Source: Gammaproteobacteria bacterium HGW-Gammaproteobacteria-14
Lineage (GTDB): Bacteria; Pseudomonadota; Gammaproteobacteria; Pseudomonadales; Alcanivoracaceae
Assembly (NCBI GenBank): GCA_002840115.1
Contig: PGZG01000001.1
Span: 1-39,791, forward strand
Reading direction: 5' to 3'
Length of the DNA: 39,791 bases
Shown here: positions 29,243-39,791 of the stretch, one piece after another
Numbering within the stretch: position 1 is the stretch's first letter
Layout of the letters: the number at the start of each line of letters is the position of its first letter
Translations under genes and position numbers: made by a program
Notes under the pieces: generated by a model
Database searches by the model: none
What the model saw: the letters and a program-made list of their open reading frames with translations, nothing else
Told to the model about the DNA's origin: nothing

Positions 29243-31147
29243 ATGTCTGCAAGCACCCAGACCGAAAAGCGCGAATTCCAGACCGAGGTCAAACAGCTAC
29301 TGCACCTGATGGTGCATTCGCTGTACTCGAACAAGGAAATCTTCCTGCGCGAACTGATCTCCAACGCCTCGGACGCTGCCGACAAACTGAAATTTCTCGC
29401 CTTGCAGGATGACACCCTGTACCAGGGTAACAGTGACCTGAGCATTCATATCGAGGCAGACAAGGACACTAACACCCTGATCATCCGTGATAACGGTATC
29501 GGCATGAACCGTGAGGAAGTGGTGGCCAACCTCGGCACCATCGCCAAATCCGGCACCGCTGATTTTCTGAAAAACCTCTCCGGCGACCAGAAAAAGGATT
29601 CCCGCCTGATCGGCCAGTTCGGGGTCGGTTTCTACAGCGCCTTTATTGTCGCCGAGAAAGTGGAAGTCTTTACCCGCAAGGCCGGCAGCGAAGCCGCCGA
29701 GGGGGTTTACTGGGCCAGCGAAGGTTCCGGTGAGTTTGATCTGGGCAGCGCGGAGCTAGCCGAGCGCGGCACCCGCATCGTGTTGCACCTGCGTGCCGAC
29801 GAAAAAGAATTTCTTGAGCCCTGGCGCCTGAAGAGCCTGGTGCGCAAGTACAGTGACCATATTGCCATCCCGGTACTGGTACGCGACCAGAAGCCCGCCG
29901 AAGAAGAAGGCAAAGAGCCGGAAATCAGCTGGGATCAGGCCAACACCGCCACTGCCCTGTGGACTCGCAACAAGAGCGAGATCAAGGACGAGGAATATCA
30001 GGAATTCTACCGCCACGTTTCCCACGACTTTGCCCCGGCATTGGCCTGGAGCCATAACCGGGTGGAAGGCAAGCTGGATTACACCTCGCTGATCTATGTT
30101 CCAGAGAAAGCGCCGTTTGATATGTACCAGCGGGAAAAGCCTCATGGCCTGAAGCTTTACGTGCAGCGCGTCTTTATCATGGACGATGCCGAACAGTTCC
30201 TGCCGCTGTACCTGCGCTTTATCAAAGGCATTGTCGACAGTAATGATCTGTCCCTGAACGTATCCCGCGAAATTCTCCAGCAGGACAAAACTGTCAGCTC
30301 CCTGAAAAGCGCACTCAGCAAACGGGCGCTGGACATGTTGGAAAAACTGGCAACCAATGATGCTGAAAAATACCAGACTTTCTGGAATGCCTTCGGCAAT
30401 GTGCTGAAGGAAGGGCCAGCGGAGGATTACAGCAATCGAGAAGCCATCGCCAAACTGCTGCGCTTTGCCACCACTCATAACAGCGAAGCCACCCAGAATG
30501 TTAGCCTGACGGACTATGTGGCGCGGATGAAGCCGGATCAAAAGGAGATTTATTACATCGCCGCCGACAGCCACCAGAATGCCCTCGGCAGTCCGCATCT
30601 GGAAATCTTCCGCAAAAAAGGCATCGAGGTGTTGCTGCTGTCCGATCGCATTGATGATTGGCTGATGAGCCACATGACCGAGTTCGACGGCAAGCCGCTA
30701 CGCGATATTGCCCGAGGCGAACTGGACCTTGGCGCGCTGGAGGATGCGGAGGAGAAAAAAGCAAAAGAGGAAACCGACAAGGAATTCGCCGAGCTGTGCA
30801 AACAGATTGCCGAAACGCTGAAAGATGATGTGGAAAGCGTGCGCACCACCCACCGCCTGACCGACTCACCGGCCTGTCTGGTAGTACAGGAAGACGATAT
30901 GGGTGCGCAGATGCGGCGTATCCTCGAAGCCGCCGGGCAGAAACTGCCGGACAGCAAACCGGTTCTAGAGATTAATCCACAGCACCCGCTGGTACAGCGC
31001 CTCAAGCAGGAAAGCACCGGCAGTCGCGGCGATGATCTGATTGCCGTGATCCATGAGCAGGCCCGCCTGGCTGGTGGTGACAACCTGAAAGATGCCGCCG
31101 CCTATGTGCGCCGCATCAACAAACTGTTGCTGGAACTGTCCGCCTGA
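29243..31147 (+). CDS. htpG: Chaperone HtpG (Hsp90)
   Basis: [46 protein letters not shown]; ATG 29243 after GAGG. Confidence 0.98.
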   Translation: MSASTQTEKREFQTEVKQLLHLMVHSLYSNKEIFLRELISNASDAADKLKFLALQDDTLYQGNSDLSIHIEADKDTNTLIIRDNGIGMNREEVVANLGTIAKSGTADFLKNLSGDQKKDSRLIGQFGVGFYSAFIVAEKVEVFTRKAGSEAAEGVYWASEGSGEFDLGSAELAERGTRIVLHLRADEKEFLEPWRLKSLVRKYSDHIAIPVLVRDQKPAEEEGKEPEISWDQANTATALWTRNKSEIKDEEYQEFYRHVSHDFAPALAWSHNRVEGKLDYTSLIYVPEKAPFDMYQREKPHGLKLYVQRVFIMDDAEQFLPLYLRFIKGIVDSNDLSLNVSREILQQDKTVSSLKSALSKRALDMLEKLATNDAEKYQTFWNAFGNVLKEGPAEDYSNREAIAKLLRFATTHNSEATQNVSLTDYVARMKPDQKEIYYIAADSHQNALGSPHLEIFRKKGIEVLLLSDRIDDWLMSHMTEFDGKPLRDIARGELDLGALEDAEEKKAKEETDKEFAELCKQIAETLKDDVESVRTTHRLTDSPACLVVQEDDMGAQMRRILEAAGQKLPDSKPVLEINPQHPLVQRLKQESTGSRGDDLIAVIHEQARLAGGDNLKDAAAYVRRINKLLLELSA

Positions 31148-31152
31148 TCCAA

Positions 31153-31213
31153 CAGGAGCTCGCTTGCGGGCGATGTGGTTTTTGAAAACCCTGTCGCCTG
31201 CATCGAGCTCCTG
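31153..31213. repeat. Degenerate REP doublet (REPIN-like)
   Basis: CAGGAGCTCGCTTGCGGGCGAT ... GTCGCCTGCATCGAGCTCCTG inverted pair; resembles GTAG-family REPs of pseudomonads. Confidence 0.65.
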
Positions 31214-31215
31214 CC

Positions 31216-31262
31216 GTTTTCCCGGTACATGTTTTCTCGGGTACACGTTTTCTGAGGTACAT
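31216..31262. repeat. Three tandem 15-16 bp direct repeats
   Basis: GTTTTCCCGGTACAT / GTTTTCTCGGGTACAC / GTTTTCTGAGGTACAT. Confidence 0.75.
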
Positions 31263-31314
31263 TGCCTCCTGAGGTGGCAACAGCAACAATAGGGGCCATG
31301 CCATCGGAGCCCTT

Positions 31315-31566
31315 ATGATTTCTGCCCGTCGTCGCCATCTGGTTTTCTCTCTGGTGATGTCCTGTTTTATGTCATTGCTGATGTCCGCAGTGATTACCCT
31401 GATTAACACCGGTATGGATATGGAGTTTCCGCTGCGCTGGCTGAAGGCCTGGATCGTTGCCTGGGCGGTGGCGTTTCCGTTGATCAGCTTTATTGCGCCA
31501 CTGTCGCACCGGGTCACCGACCGGCTGATGAACATGCTCGGCAGCAACGATCAGGACACTCCATGA
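31315..31566 (+). CDS. DUF2798-like small membrane protein
   Basis: MSCFMSLLMSAVIT ... RWLKAWIVAWAVAFP, two hydrophobic helices. Confidence 0.8.
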   Translation: MISARRRHLVFSLVMSCFMSLLMSAVITLINTGMDMEFPLRWLKAWIVAWAVAFPLISFIAPLSHRVTDRLMNMLGSNDQDTP

Positions 31567-32894
31567 AGCCAGCCCGGATCGCTCTGGCATTGGCAGTTGC
31601 CATTATTGCCTCATTCGGCCCGGATGACCCGTCTGCTCGGGCCGGGGTGGCACTGTTCGCGCTGGCCGGCACCCTGTGGCTCACCGAAGCCATTTCCCTG
31701 ACCTACACCGCCCTGCTGATTCCACTGATCGGCGTGGCCCTCGGCCTGGCTGACGTAAACACCGCACTACGGGGGTTTGCCCATCCCGTTATTGGCCTGT
31801 TCCTGGGTGGCTTTGCTCTGGCGGCGGCGCTCTCCGTCCATGGCATTGATCGCTGGCTCGCCAACCGGCTGATACGACTGGCACGGGGCAATGCTCTCGG
31901 CGCGGCCCTGTTACTCGCGCTGGCCACGGCACTGTTATCCATGTGGATCAGCAACACCGCCGCCGCTGCAATGATGCTACCGATTGCGCTGGGCCTGTCT
32001 GTGCCGCTGGCCGCCAAATATCCACGCTATCAACTCTTCGTGCTGCTTGGTCTTGCCTGGGGCGCCAACATTGGCGGCATTGCCACGCTAGTTGGCAGCC
32101 CACCGAACGCCATTACTGCGGCAGCGCTAGGCTGGGGTTTTGATGACTGGTTGAAGGTTGGCATGCCGGCATTTATCGTGCTGTTTCCGCTGGCACTGGT
32201 GATTCTGTATGCCACCCTGAAGCCGGAGAGGGACTTGCCGGATGTACGCGATGGAGGCGCCTTACCTTTTCCGCGACACCGTGCCGCCATTCTCACCGTG
32301 ATTATTTTTCTGACAACCGTCTCTCTGTGGGTATTCGGCAAACCGTTGGCGCAATGGCTTGGCATTGACCGGGACTTCGACACCTGGGTCGCCCTGCTCG
32401 CCATTGCCCTGCTTGGCATCAGCGGTACGCTGGAATGGAAGCAGATTGAAAAGCAGTCCAACTGGGGCGTGCTGCTACTGTTTGGCGGCGGCATCACCCT
32501 GTCAACATTGATGCAGTCCTCCGGCGCCAGCGCCTGGATGGCCAATGGTATCAGCCAGATACTGCCCGCCGACCAGCCATGGTTATTGTATCTGCTGGTG
32601 GCGACCTTTGTGGTTTATCTCACCGAACTGGTTAGCAATACCGCCAGCGCAGCACTGCTGGTGCCCCTGTTTATGCCCGTCGCCGCCGTGGTTGGTGCAG
32701 ACCCCGTGGTGACCGCCGCCATTATCGGCATCGCCGCCAGCTGCGCCTTTATGCTGCCCGTGGCAACGCCACCCAATGCATTGGTGTTTGGCACCGGCTG
32801 TATTCCCCAGCAACAGATGATCCGCGCCGGGATGCGTATGAATCTGATCGCCGCAATATTAATTACCGGGCTGATGATGGTGTTGGTCAGCTAA
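31563..32894 (+). CDS. DASS/SLC13 sodium-coupled anion (dicarboxylate) symporter
   Basis: LWLTEAI, SMWISNTAAA, LVGSPPN, TELVSNTAS, AFMLPVATPPNA. Confidence 0.93.
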   Translation: MKPARIALALAVAIIASFGPDDPSARAGVALFALAGTLWLTEAISLTYTALLIPLIGVALGLADVNTALRGFAHPVIGLFLGGFALAAALSVHGIDRWLANRLIRLARGNALGAALLLALATALLSMWISNTAAAAMMLPIALGLSVPLAAKYPRYQLFVLLGLAWGANIGGIATLVGSPPNAITAAALGWGFDDWLKVGMPAFIVLFPLALVILYATLKPERDLPDVRDGGALPFPRHRAAILTVIIFLTTVSLWVFGKPLAQWLGIDRDFDTWVALLAIALLGISGTLEWKQIEKQSNWGVLLLFGGGITLSTLMQSSGASAWMANGISQILPADQPWLLYLLVATFVVYLTELVSNTASAALLVPLFMPVAAVVGADPVVTAAIIGIAASCAFMLPVATPPNALVFGTGCIPQQQMIRAGMRMNLIAAILITGLMMVLVS

Positions 32895-33151
32895 ACCCCC
32901 TGAATAACTCCAGCCAACATCTACCTACCCGCCAGCATCGCAATCTCTCATACCAACACCATAGCCCCGGCTAGGCCGACAGCACTAGCCGCAAAATGCA
33001 TCTCAGTAGCAGGGATTAGAGCCATCGCAGTTGGCAGAATTTGCCACCCTGAGTGGCCCCTTCTGCCGCTATTTCGCCTCCGGCTCCTGCCTAATATTTA
33101 GCCACGCAGTCCGATCACTCCGGCACAGACCGGCAAGGATCGAGAACCTGA

Positions 33152-34141
<990 letters not shown>

Positions 34142-34163
34142 GCAGAAGAAACGCGCGATGCAA

Positions 34164-34189
34164 ACAGGGCGCCCGCAAGGGCGCCCTGT
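34164..34189. repeat. Intercistronic GC-rich hairpin between lipase and foldase
   Basis: ACAGGGCGCCC-GCAA-GGGCGCCCTGT, 11-bp stem with GNRA loop. Confidence 0.8.
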
Positions 34190-34226
34190 CATTTACACTG
34201 TCCGCAAACAACAACAGAGCCGCTCC

Positions 34227-35273
34227 ATGCCACGCACTCGCTATCTTATCGCCACGCTAGCCATCACCTTTGTCGCCATGACCGCATTGATGATCTGGTG
34301 GCAGCTGCCCAACGAACAACAGCAACCGACTGCCGCGCAAGCGGCTGCTGGCGAGAGTGCAAAAAGAAAAACCACGCTTTCCGCCGCAATCATTACCGCC
34401 AGCAAGACTGCCGACAGCGGCCAACAGTTTGTCTCCGGCCTCGAAAACCTGCCCGCTTCCCTGCACGACACGGAGGTCGACGGCGGTTTTGAGCTGGATG
34501 CGGATGGCAACCTGATCATCACCCATCGTATCCGTCAGCTATTCGATTATTTTCTTTCTACTCAGGGAGAGGAGACTCTACCGACCATCGTTCAGCGCCT
34601 GCGCGCATACATCCACAACACTTTGTCCGGCAATGCTGCCGCTGAAGCTGAACAATTGCTGGAAAGCTATATTGGCTATCTCGATGATGTCGCCGCTCTG
34701 GATTCGCCAGTGACACCAGGGCAAGCCATTGATCCGGCGCAACTGCGCATGCAGAAAGAACAGCTCGCAGCAGTTCGCGCCAGCCGCTTTGATGCCATTA
34801 CCAACGATGCTTTTTTTGCTGAAGAAGAGGCCTACGACCACTACACCCTGTCGCGACTGGAAGTGATGCAGGATAAAAACCTGAGCGCTGACGAACGCGC
34901 CAGCCGGCTTGCCGCACTGGAAAGCCAGCTGCCGCCCGATCTGCAGGAGTCAATGCGCGATATCACCCGTTATCAGGACCTCCAGACACTGACACAGGAG
35001 TGGCAGGAAACCGATGGCAACGCCGCTAGCCTGCAGCAGATGCGGGAAAATCTGGTAGGCCATGAGGCCGCGGAGCGACTGGCAAAGCTTGACCAGGAGC
35101 GGGCGGAGTGGCAGCGGCGGGTCGATAGCTGGCTGCGGGAGCGGCAAGTGATTCTGTCAAATGCTGGCATCAGCGACGCGGACAAGGAACGGCAGATTGA
35201 TGCTGCGCGCGGCAGGCTGTTTAACGAGCAGGAGCAGATACGGATCAGGTCATTAGAGTCGGCAAACCGCTGA
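34227..35273 (+). CDS. Lipase-specific foldase (Lif)
   Basis: N-terminal TM, SLHDTEVDG, RQLFDYFLS signature; follows the lipase; ATG 34227. Confidence 0.93.
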   Translation: MPRTRYLIATLAITFVAMTALMIWWQLPNEQQQPTAAQAAAGESAKRKTTLSAAIITASKTADSGQQFVSGLENLPASLHDTEVDGGFELDADGNLIITHRIRQLFDYFLSTQGEETLPTIVQRLRAYIHNTLSGNAAAEAEQLLESYIGYLDDVAALDSPVTPGQAIDPAQLRMQKEQLAAVRASRFDAITNDAFFAEEEAYDHYTLSRLEVMQDKNLSADERASRLAALESQLPPDLQESMRDITRYQDLQTLTQEWQETDGNAASLQQMRENLVGHEAAERLAKLDQERAEWQRRVDSWLRERQVILSNAGISDADKERQIDAARGRLFNEQEQIRIRSLESANR

Positions 35274-35344
35274 TCTGTAAGGGGCTGTCCATATCGCACC
35301 TTATCCATTAGGCTTGAGGTTCCCAGAGAATCGCAGAGAACCTC

Positions 35345-35593
35345 ATGACACTGAAAGCCACCTCAGTCCGGCTGGACGACGAGACGCTGGCCCGCATAGG
35401 CCAGATGGCCGACGCCATGGACAGACCCCGCGCATGGCTGATGGCCGAAGCCATCAAGCAATATGTAGCCCGTGAGGAATGGTTTGTCCGTGAAGTGGAA
35501 AAAGGCATAAAAGCCGCGGATGAAGGGCGCCTGATCGACCACGCAGACGTTCGGGCCAAGTGGGAGGCCAGGCGTGCAGCTCAAATGGACTGA
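35345..35593 (+). CDS. CopG/RHH antitoxin
   Basis: TSVRLDD..LARI..MA..MDRPRAWLMAEAIKQYV; overlaps the toxin gene. Confidence 0.88.
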   Translation: MTLKATSVRLDDETLARIGQMADAMDRPRAWLMAEAIKQYVAREEWFVREVEKGIKAADEGRLIDHADVRAKWEARRAAQMD

Positions 35594-35870
35594 CCTCGCA
35601 AGCAACGACCTGGATACCATCGAAGCCCATATCGCCCAGCAAAACAGCCCCACAGTTGCCATCAATGTTGTGATGAGAATCATCGATAGCGCTTCTTTGA
35701 TCCTGCCTGATCATCCCGGAGCCGGACGTCAGGGGCGACTGAAAAATACCCGGGAGCTGGTGATCGATGGCATCCCGTTTATCGTGATCTACCGAGAGAT
35801 TTTCAGCAAAGGCTGCATAGAAATATTGCGTGTACTTCACGACTCACAGCAATGGCCGACTACCCAGTAG
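35574..35870 (+). CDS. RelE/ParE family toxin
   Basis: LKWTDLASNDLDTIEAHIA, HPGAGRQG, TRELV, IEILRVLH. Confidence 0.9.
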   Translation: MQLKWTDLASNDLDTIEAHIAQQNSPTVAINVVMRIIDSASLILPDHPGAGRQGRLKNTRELVIDGIPFIVIYREIFSKGCIEILRVLHDSQQWPTTQ

Positions 35871-35929
35871 AACTGCTTTTGCCCTGACAAGCTGATCTCA
35901 TCGGTAAAGCTCCAGATGACGACCCTAGA

Positions 35930-36826
35930 CTAGGCTGACAACACCTTCTTCAAAAACGCCAACTGGTCGGTAATAGTCTTCTCCCGATCCTCTCCCTGAT
36001 AAATATCGAAGTGCCCCATCTCGTAGCGACGCACTTCCGCCTGTTTCATTTTTTTCGCGGCTTTTTCCGCGGCAGCCACCGGCGCCACGGTATCTTTTTC
36101 GCAAATCAGGATCAGGGCGGGACAGTTGACCTTGTGGGCTTCACTCACCGGGCGGAAGGTCATCAGCATGGTGGAAATTCGTGCAGCCACTTTATTCGGC
36201 ACACCCTCAGGGATCAGCGCCAGATAACCGTCGTAACAATCCTCCGCCGTCATGGCCGCCACGTCGCCGGGACGGCCCGCAGAGGCGATGTAGTGGGGAG
36301 ACATACCGAGCAGAGCGCGACCAACATCCAGCGAACCGTGGGCGCTCAATTTCATGACATGGGTGATACCGGCATAGCGAATCACTTCAAATACGGAGGC
36401 CAAACCATCCATCATCGGGCACTGGGCAATGATGGCCTGCACATTGCCATCGCGAGCTGCGGCCACGGTAACAAGACCACCACCAAACGAGGTACCCCAC
36501 AACGCAATAGCACCAGACTTGATGCCATCCAGCGTGCGCACAAAAGCGATGGCCGATAACCAGTCTTCCACTTACCGCGATGGCATCAGCAGTTGACGCG
36601 GCTCGCCACCGCTGGCACCGAAGTGACGATAGTCGAACATAAAGGCCGCGTAACCGGCATTGGCAAACGCCTCGGCAAAAGGCGCAATGCCACATTCACG
36701 GGTGGCGGCAAAACCATGACCCATAATCACGCAGGGCACCGGACCTTTAGCGTCCGATGGCATATACAGGTAGCCCTTGCAGGTGATGCCATGGCTGGTG
36801 AAAGCAAGATCGGTGCGCGTGAACAT
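35930..36826 (-). pseudogene. Alpha/beta hydrolase interrupted by an in-frame TAA at 36572-36574
   Basis: Two ORFs in one frame: ...FDYRHFGASGGEPRQLLMPSR*VEDWLSAI...WGTSFGGG; catalytic Ser lies after the stop. Confidence 0.85.
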
Positions 36827-36837
36827 AAGGTACTCCT

Positions 36838-37650
36838 TTACAAAACCGGGCTGAGGAATTTCCAGCTGTCGACGCCAGCGCCGAGCACCAGGAAATGCGG
36901 GTTGAGAATATCCTGCTTGTTGTACTGCAATGGCTCGAAGGACGTATTGACCACGGTGCCACCGGCAGCGCGCACCACGGCATCGGCGGCGGCGGTGTCC
37001 CACTCACAGGTGGGGGCAAGGCGCGGATAAATATCGGCACGACCTTCTGCCACCAGACACAGCTTTAGCGATGAGCCCATGCTGGTAAGCTCCACTGCAC
37101 CGATCTCCTTGTTAATCAGCTCTTCGAGCACACCAATGGTGTCGGTGCCATGGCTGCGGCTGGCCACCATCACCACCGGTGATGCAACCGACCGGCGCAC
37201 CTGAATCGGCTGTCGACCTTCGGCGGTTTCCTTGAAGGCGCCAATACCATCGCCACCCAGATACGTCATTTCCAGCACCGGCACATGCACTACGCCCAGC
37301 ACCGGCACACCGTTTTCGATCAGGGCAATATTGACGGTGAACTCGCCATTGCGCTTGATAAACTCCTTGGTGCCGTCGAGTGGGTCCACCAACCAGTAGC
37401 GCTGCCAATCGCGGCGCATTTCCCAGGTGATGCCTTCTGATTCTTCCGAGTGCACCGGAATTTCGGGGGTTAGCTGGGCCAGCCCTTTCACGATCAGGTT
37501 ATGGGCGGCAAGATCGGCGGCGGTCAGCGGGGAATTGTCCCCTTTGCGCTCGATATCAAAGTCGGCGCTGTGATACACCTGAAGAATCGCATCACCGGCG
37601 CGGCGAGCAATATCGGCAACGGAATCCAGCAGGGTCTGATGGTCAGTCAT
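36838..37650 (-). CDS. cysQ: 3'(2'),5'-bisphosphate nucleotidase
   Basis: SPLTAADL, SEE, WLVDPLDGTKEF, GSSLKLCLVAEG, EWDTAA; ATG 37650. Confidence 0.96.
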   Translation of the reverse strand: MTDHQTLLDSVADIARRAGDAILQVYHSADFDIERKGDNSPLTAADLAAHNLIVKGLAQLTPEIPVHSEESEGITWEMRRDWQRYWLVDPLDGTKEFIKRNGEFTVNIALIENGVPVLGVVHVPVLEMTYLGGDGIGAFKETAEGRQPIQVRRSVASPVVMVASRSHGTDTIGVLEELINKEIGAVELTSMGSSLKLCLVAEGRADIYPRLAPTCEWDTAAADAVVRAAGGTVVNTSFEPLQYNKQDILNPHFLVLGAGVDSWKFLSPVL

Positions 37651-37720
37651 GATCTGTCCTTTCTGATGCGGCATACTGTAGGGCCGACAGATTACCGCCT
37701 GACGAAGGCAATGGGAAAAA

Positions 37721-38419
37721 ATGATCGCCTGGAATGATATCGACACCGTACTACTGGATATGGATGGCACCCTGCTGGACCTCGCCTTCGATAACTGGTT
37801 CTGGCAGCAAGTCGTGCCGCAGAAGTACGCCGAGACCAAAGGCATTCCCGACGATCAGGCCCACCGCCTGATCAAGGAATGGATCGACCGGCATCAGGGC
37901 ACCCTGAACTGGTACTGCCTGGACTTCTGGTCAGCGGAGTTGGGGCTTGATATCGCAGGCCTGAAACGTGAAGTCGGTGATCGTGTTTGCTATCGCCCCG
38001 GCGCAGAGGCGTTTTTGCAGGCGCTACGCAACAGCGGCCGCCAGATTGTGATGGTCACCAATGCCCACCCGGATGCGCTGGCGGTAAAGAAAACCCATAC
38101 CGGCCTTGAGCAGTATTTTGATCAACTGATTACCAGCCACGAACTCGGCTCCGCCAAAGAGTCCGCGCCTTTCTGGGAGGCTCTGCAAGGCCGACTGCCC
38201 TTCGATCGTCAACGTAGCATACTGGTGGACGATTCCCTGCCGGTGCTGCAGGCCGGTCATGATTACGGGGTTGGCCACCTGTGGAGCATTCTCCACCCGG
38301 ACTCCACCCTGCCACCACGCCCGCACACCAATCCATTCCCCGCCATTGATCAGTTTGCCCATGTGACGCCGGGCCTTGTTATGCCCACCGCCGCGTCAGC
38401 CAGAGCACACAACGAATGA
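37721..38419 (+). CDS. yrfG: HAD-family GMP/IMP nucleotidase
   Basis: WNDIDTVLLDMDGTLLDLAFDNWFW, LNWYCLDFWS, VTNAH. Confidence 0.93.
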   Translation: MIAWNDIDTVLLDMDGTLLDLAFDNWFWQQVVPQKYAETKGIPDDQAHRLIKEWIDRHQGTLNWYCLDFWSAELGLDIAGLKREVGDRVCYRPGAEAFLQALRNSGRQIVMVTNAHPDALAVKKTHTGLEQYFDQLITSHELGSAKESAPFWEALQGRLPFDRQRSILVDDSLPVLQAGHDYGVGHLWSILHPDSTLPPRPHTNPFPAIDQFAHVTPGLVMPTAASARAHNE

Positions 38420-38802
38420 GTGACACCAACCGGGAAGTCCGGCTCGACAAGTGGCTATGGGCCGCTCGCTTCTACAAGACCCGCAGTATTGCCCGGGACA
38501 TGATTGATGGTGGCAAGGTGCAAGTGGATGGCCAGCGTGGCCGACCCGCCAAGGCCATCAAGGTTGGCATGCTGGTAACGCTACGGCAGGGCCATGATCT
38601 GCGCGAAGTGGAAGTGCTGGCGGTGTCGGACCAACGCGGCGGCGCACCGCAAGCGGCCACCCTGTACCGGGAAACCGACGCCAGTATCAGCGCCCGGGAA
38701 CAGGCTGCCGCCAACCGCAGGCTGGTCAGCTCCGGGCCAGACCATCGGCCGGATAAAAAAGACCGGCGAGCCATCGACAAATTTCGCCGCAATCAACTGT
38801 AG
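38416..38802 (+). CDS. hslR: Ribosome-associated heat shock protein Hsp15
   Basis: VRLDKWLWAARFYKTRSIA S4 domain, RPDKKDRR. Confidence 0.95.
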   Translation: MSDTNREVRLDKWLWAARFYKTRSIARDMIDGGKVQVDGQRGRPAKAIKVGMLVTLRQGHDLREVEVLAVSDQRGGAPQAATLYRETDASISAREQAAANRRLVSSGPDHRPDKKDRRAIDKFRRNQL

Positions 38803-38831
38803 AATGCCCGCCCGTATCACCGGAGGCTCCC

Positions 38832-39692
38832 ATGTCACAGCACGACCAACGCCAGCGTTTTTTATTTCCTGACTCCGATATTCGCGGTGAGATTGTCCGC
38901 CTGGAAAGCAGCCTGATCCCGGTGCTGAACGCACGCGCCTATCCGCTGGACGTACAGAGCCTGCTGTCAGAAAGCCTGGCCGCCGTGGTGCTAATGGCTG
39001 GCACGCTGAAATTCGAAGGGCGTCTCAGCCTGCAGGCACAGGGCAACGGCCGAGTCAGCCTGCTGGTGGCGGAAAGCACCCATGATGGCGGCATCCGGGG
39101 GCTGGCACGCCACAGCGATGGCGAGGCAGATCAGCTGGAGCCGAGCTCACTACTCGGCGAAGACGGGATTATGGCGATCACTATCCGGCCGGAGCGAGGC
39201 AGCCAGTATCAGGGCGTGATCCCGCTGGAGGGGTTAACGCTGGCGGCCTGTCTGGAGGGCTACTTCGAGCAATCGGAACAGTTGCCGACCCGGCTCTGGC
39301 TGGCCGCCGGCAATGGTCGGGCTGCGGGTCTGCTACTACAGCGCCTGCCGGATCAGGTTGCAGACCGGGACGACAATGCCGCCGTCTGGCAGCATGTGCA
39401 AACTCTGGCGGACACCCTGACACTGGAGGAACTGCTGGATTTGCCGGAGGAAACGGTACTGTATCGACTGTTCCATGAAACGCCGCCAGAGGTCACTGCC
39501 CCGCAACCGCTGCGTTTCCACTGCACCTGCTCCCGGGAAAAGGTCGCCAGTACCCTGATGTCACTGGGGCGGGTGGAGCTGCAGGCGATTCTCGACGAGC
39601 AGGGCAGTGCCACCATCAGTTGCGACTTTTGCGCCAGCGAAACCCATTTTGACGCCGTGGATCTCGACCAACTGATCCACCAACTGAACTAA
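38832..39692 (+). CDS. hslO: Redox-regulated chaperone Hsp33
   Basis: YFEQSEQLPT, GLLLQRLP, zinc motif CTCS...CDFC. Confidence 0.96.
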   Translation: MSQHDQRQRFLFPDSDIRGEIVRLESSLIPVLNARAYPLDVQSLLSESLAAVVLMAGTLKFEGRLSLQAQGNGRVSLLVAESTHDGGIRGLARHSDGEADQLEPSSLLGEDGIMAITIRPERGSQYQGVIPLEGLTLAACLEGYFEQSEQLPTRLWLAAGNGRAAGLLLQRLPDQVADRDDNAAVWQHVQTLADTLTLEELLDLPEETVLYRLFHETPPEVTAPQPLRFHCTCSREKVASTLMSLGRVELQAILDEQGSATISCDFCASETHFDAVDLDQLIHQLN

Positions 39693-39791
39693 GGCACCTC
39701 TGAATAACTCCTTGGGGTCTCTGGCGTTCAGGCTGGCTCGCAATCAAGGCGTGGTTTTGAAGGCATGCGTCGGCCTGTCGAAAAACCATAA
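39693..39791. mobile_element. MITE-like element copy 2 (truncated by window end)
   Basis: 95 of 99 nt identical to 16676-16774; preceded by CTAA, which contains the hslO stop codon. Confidence 0.88.

Noticed and set aside
31216-31262. Mini CRISPR array
   Set aside because: Repeats are contiguous, 15-16 bp, with no spacers and no cas genes
33031-33046. sigma54 promoter for the lipase (TGGCAGAATTTGCC)
   Set aside because: GG-to-GC spacing is 2 nt too short; at most an imperfect palindrome
36572-36574. Programmed stop-codon recoding in the hydrolase
   Set aside because: The codon is TAA, not TGA or TAG, and the position is non-catalytic

Overview
Mostly core chromosome of a moderately GC-rich gammaproteobacterium; gene order and proteins look Alcanivorax/Pseudomonas-like (inference). 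Order: partial ntrC, ntrB, DUF4124-like protein, glnA, an uncharacterised three-gene operon (secreted retropepsin-like protease, 7TM inactive-transglutaminase membrane protein, RimK-related ATP-grasp ligase), typA-trmL, rhodanese-grxC-secB, envC-ctpA-divergent polysaccharide deacetylase, fatty acid desaturase, hisBHAF, PanZ-like GNAT, orphan 7TM-DISM kinase, asmA-mutY, MpaB-like oxygenase, two small accessory genes, tRNA-Phe and yggX (inverted relative to mutY), htpG, DUF2798-like protein, DASS transporter, lipase and foldase, an RHH/RelE-ParE toxin-antitoxin pair, a nonsense-interrupted alpha/beta hydrolase, cysQ, yrfG-hslR-hslO. No CRISPR, prophage or transposase was seen. The best candidate for an under-described system is the ATP-grasp/7TM/protease operon next to glnA, a possible poly-glutamate or peptide synthesis, export and trimming machine. 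Non-coding highlights are a 262-bp MITE with IS5-like ends (two copies plus a possible relic), a second long palindromic element upstream of htpG, and sigma54/NtrC sites suggesting positive autoregulation of a nearly leaderless ntrB.
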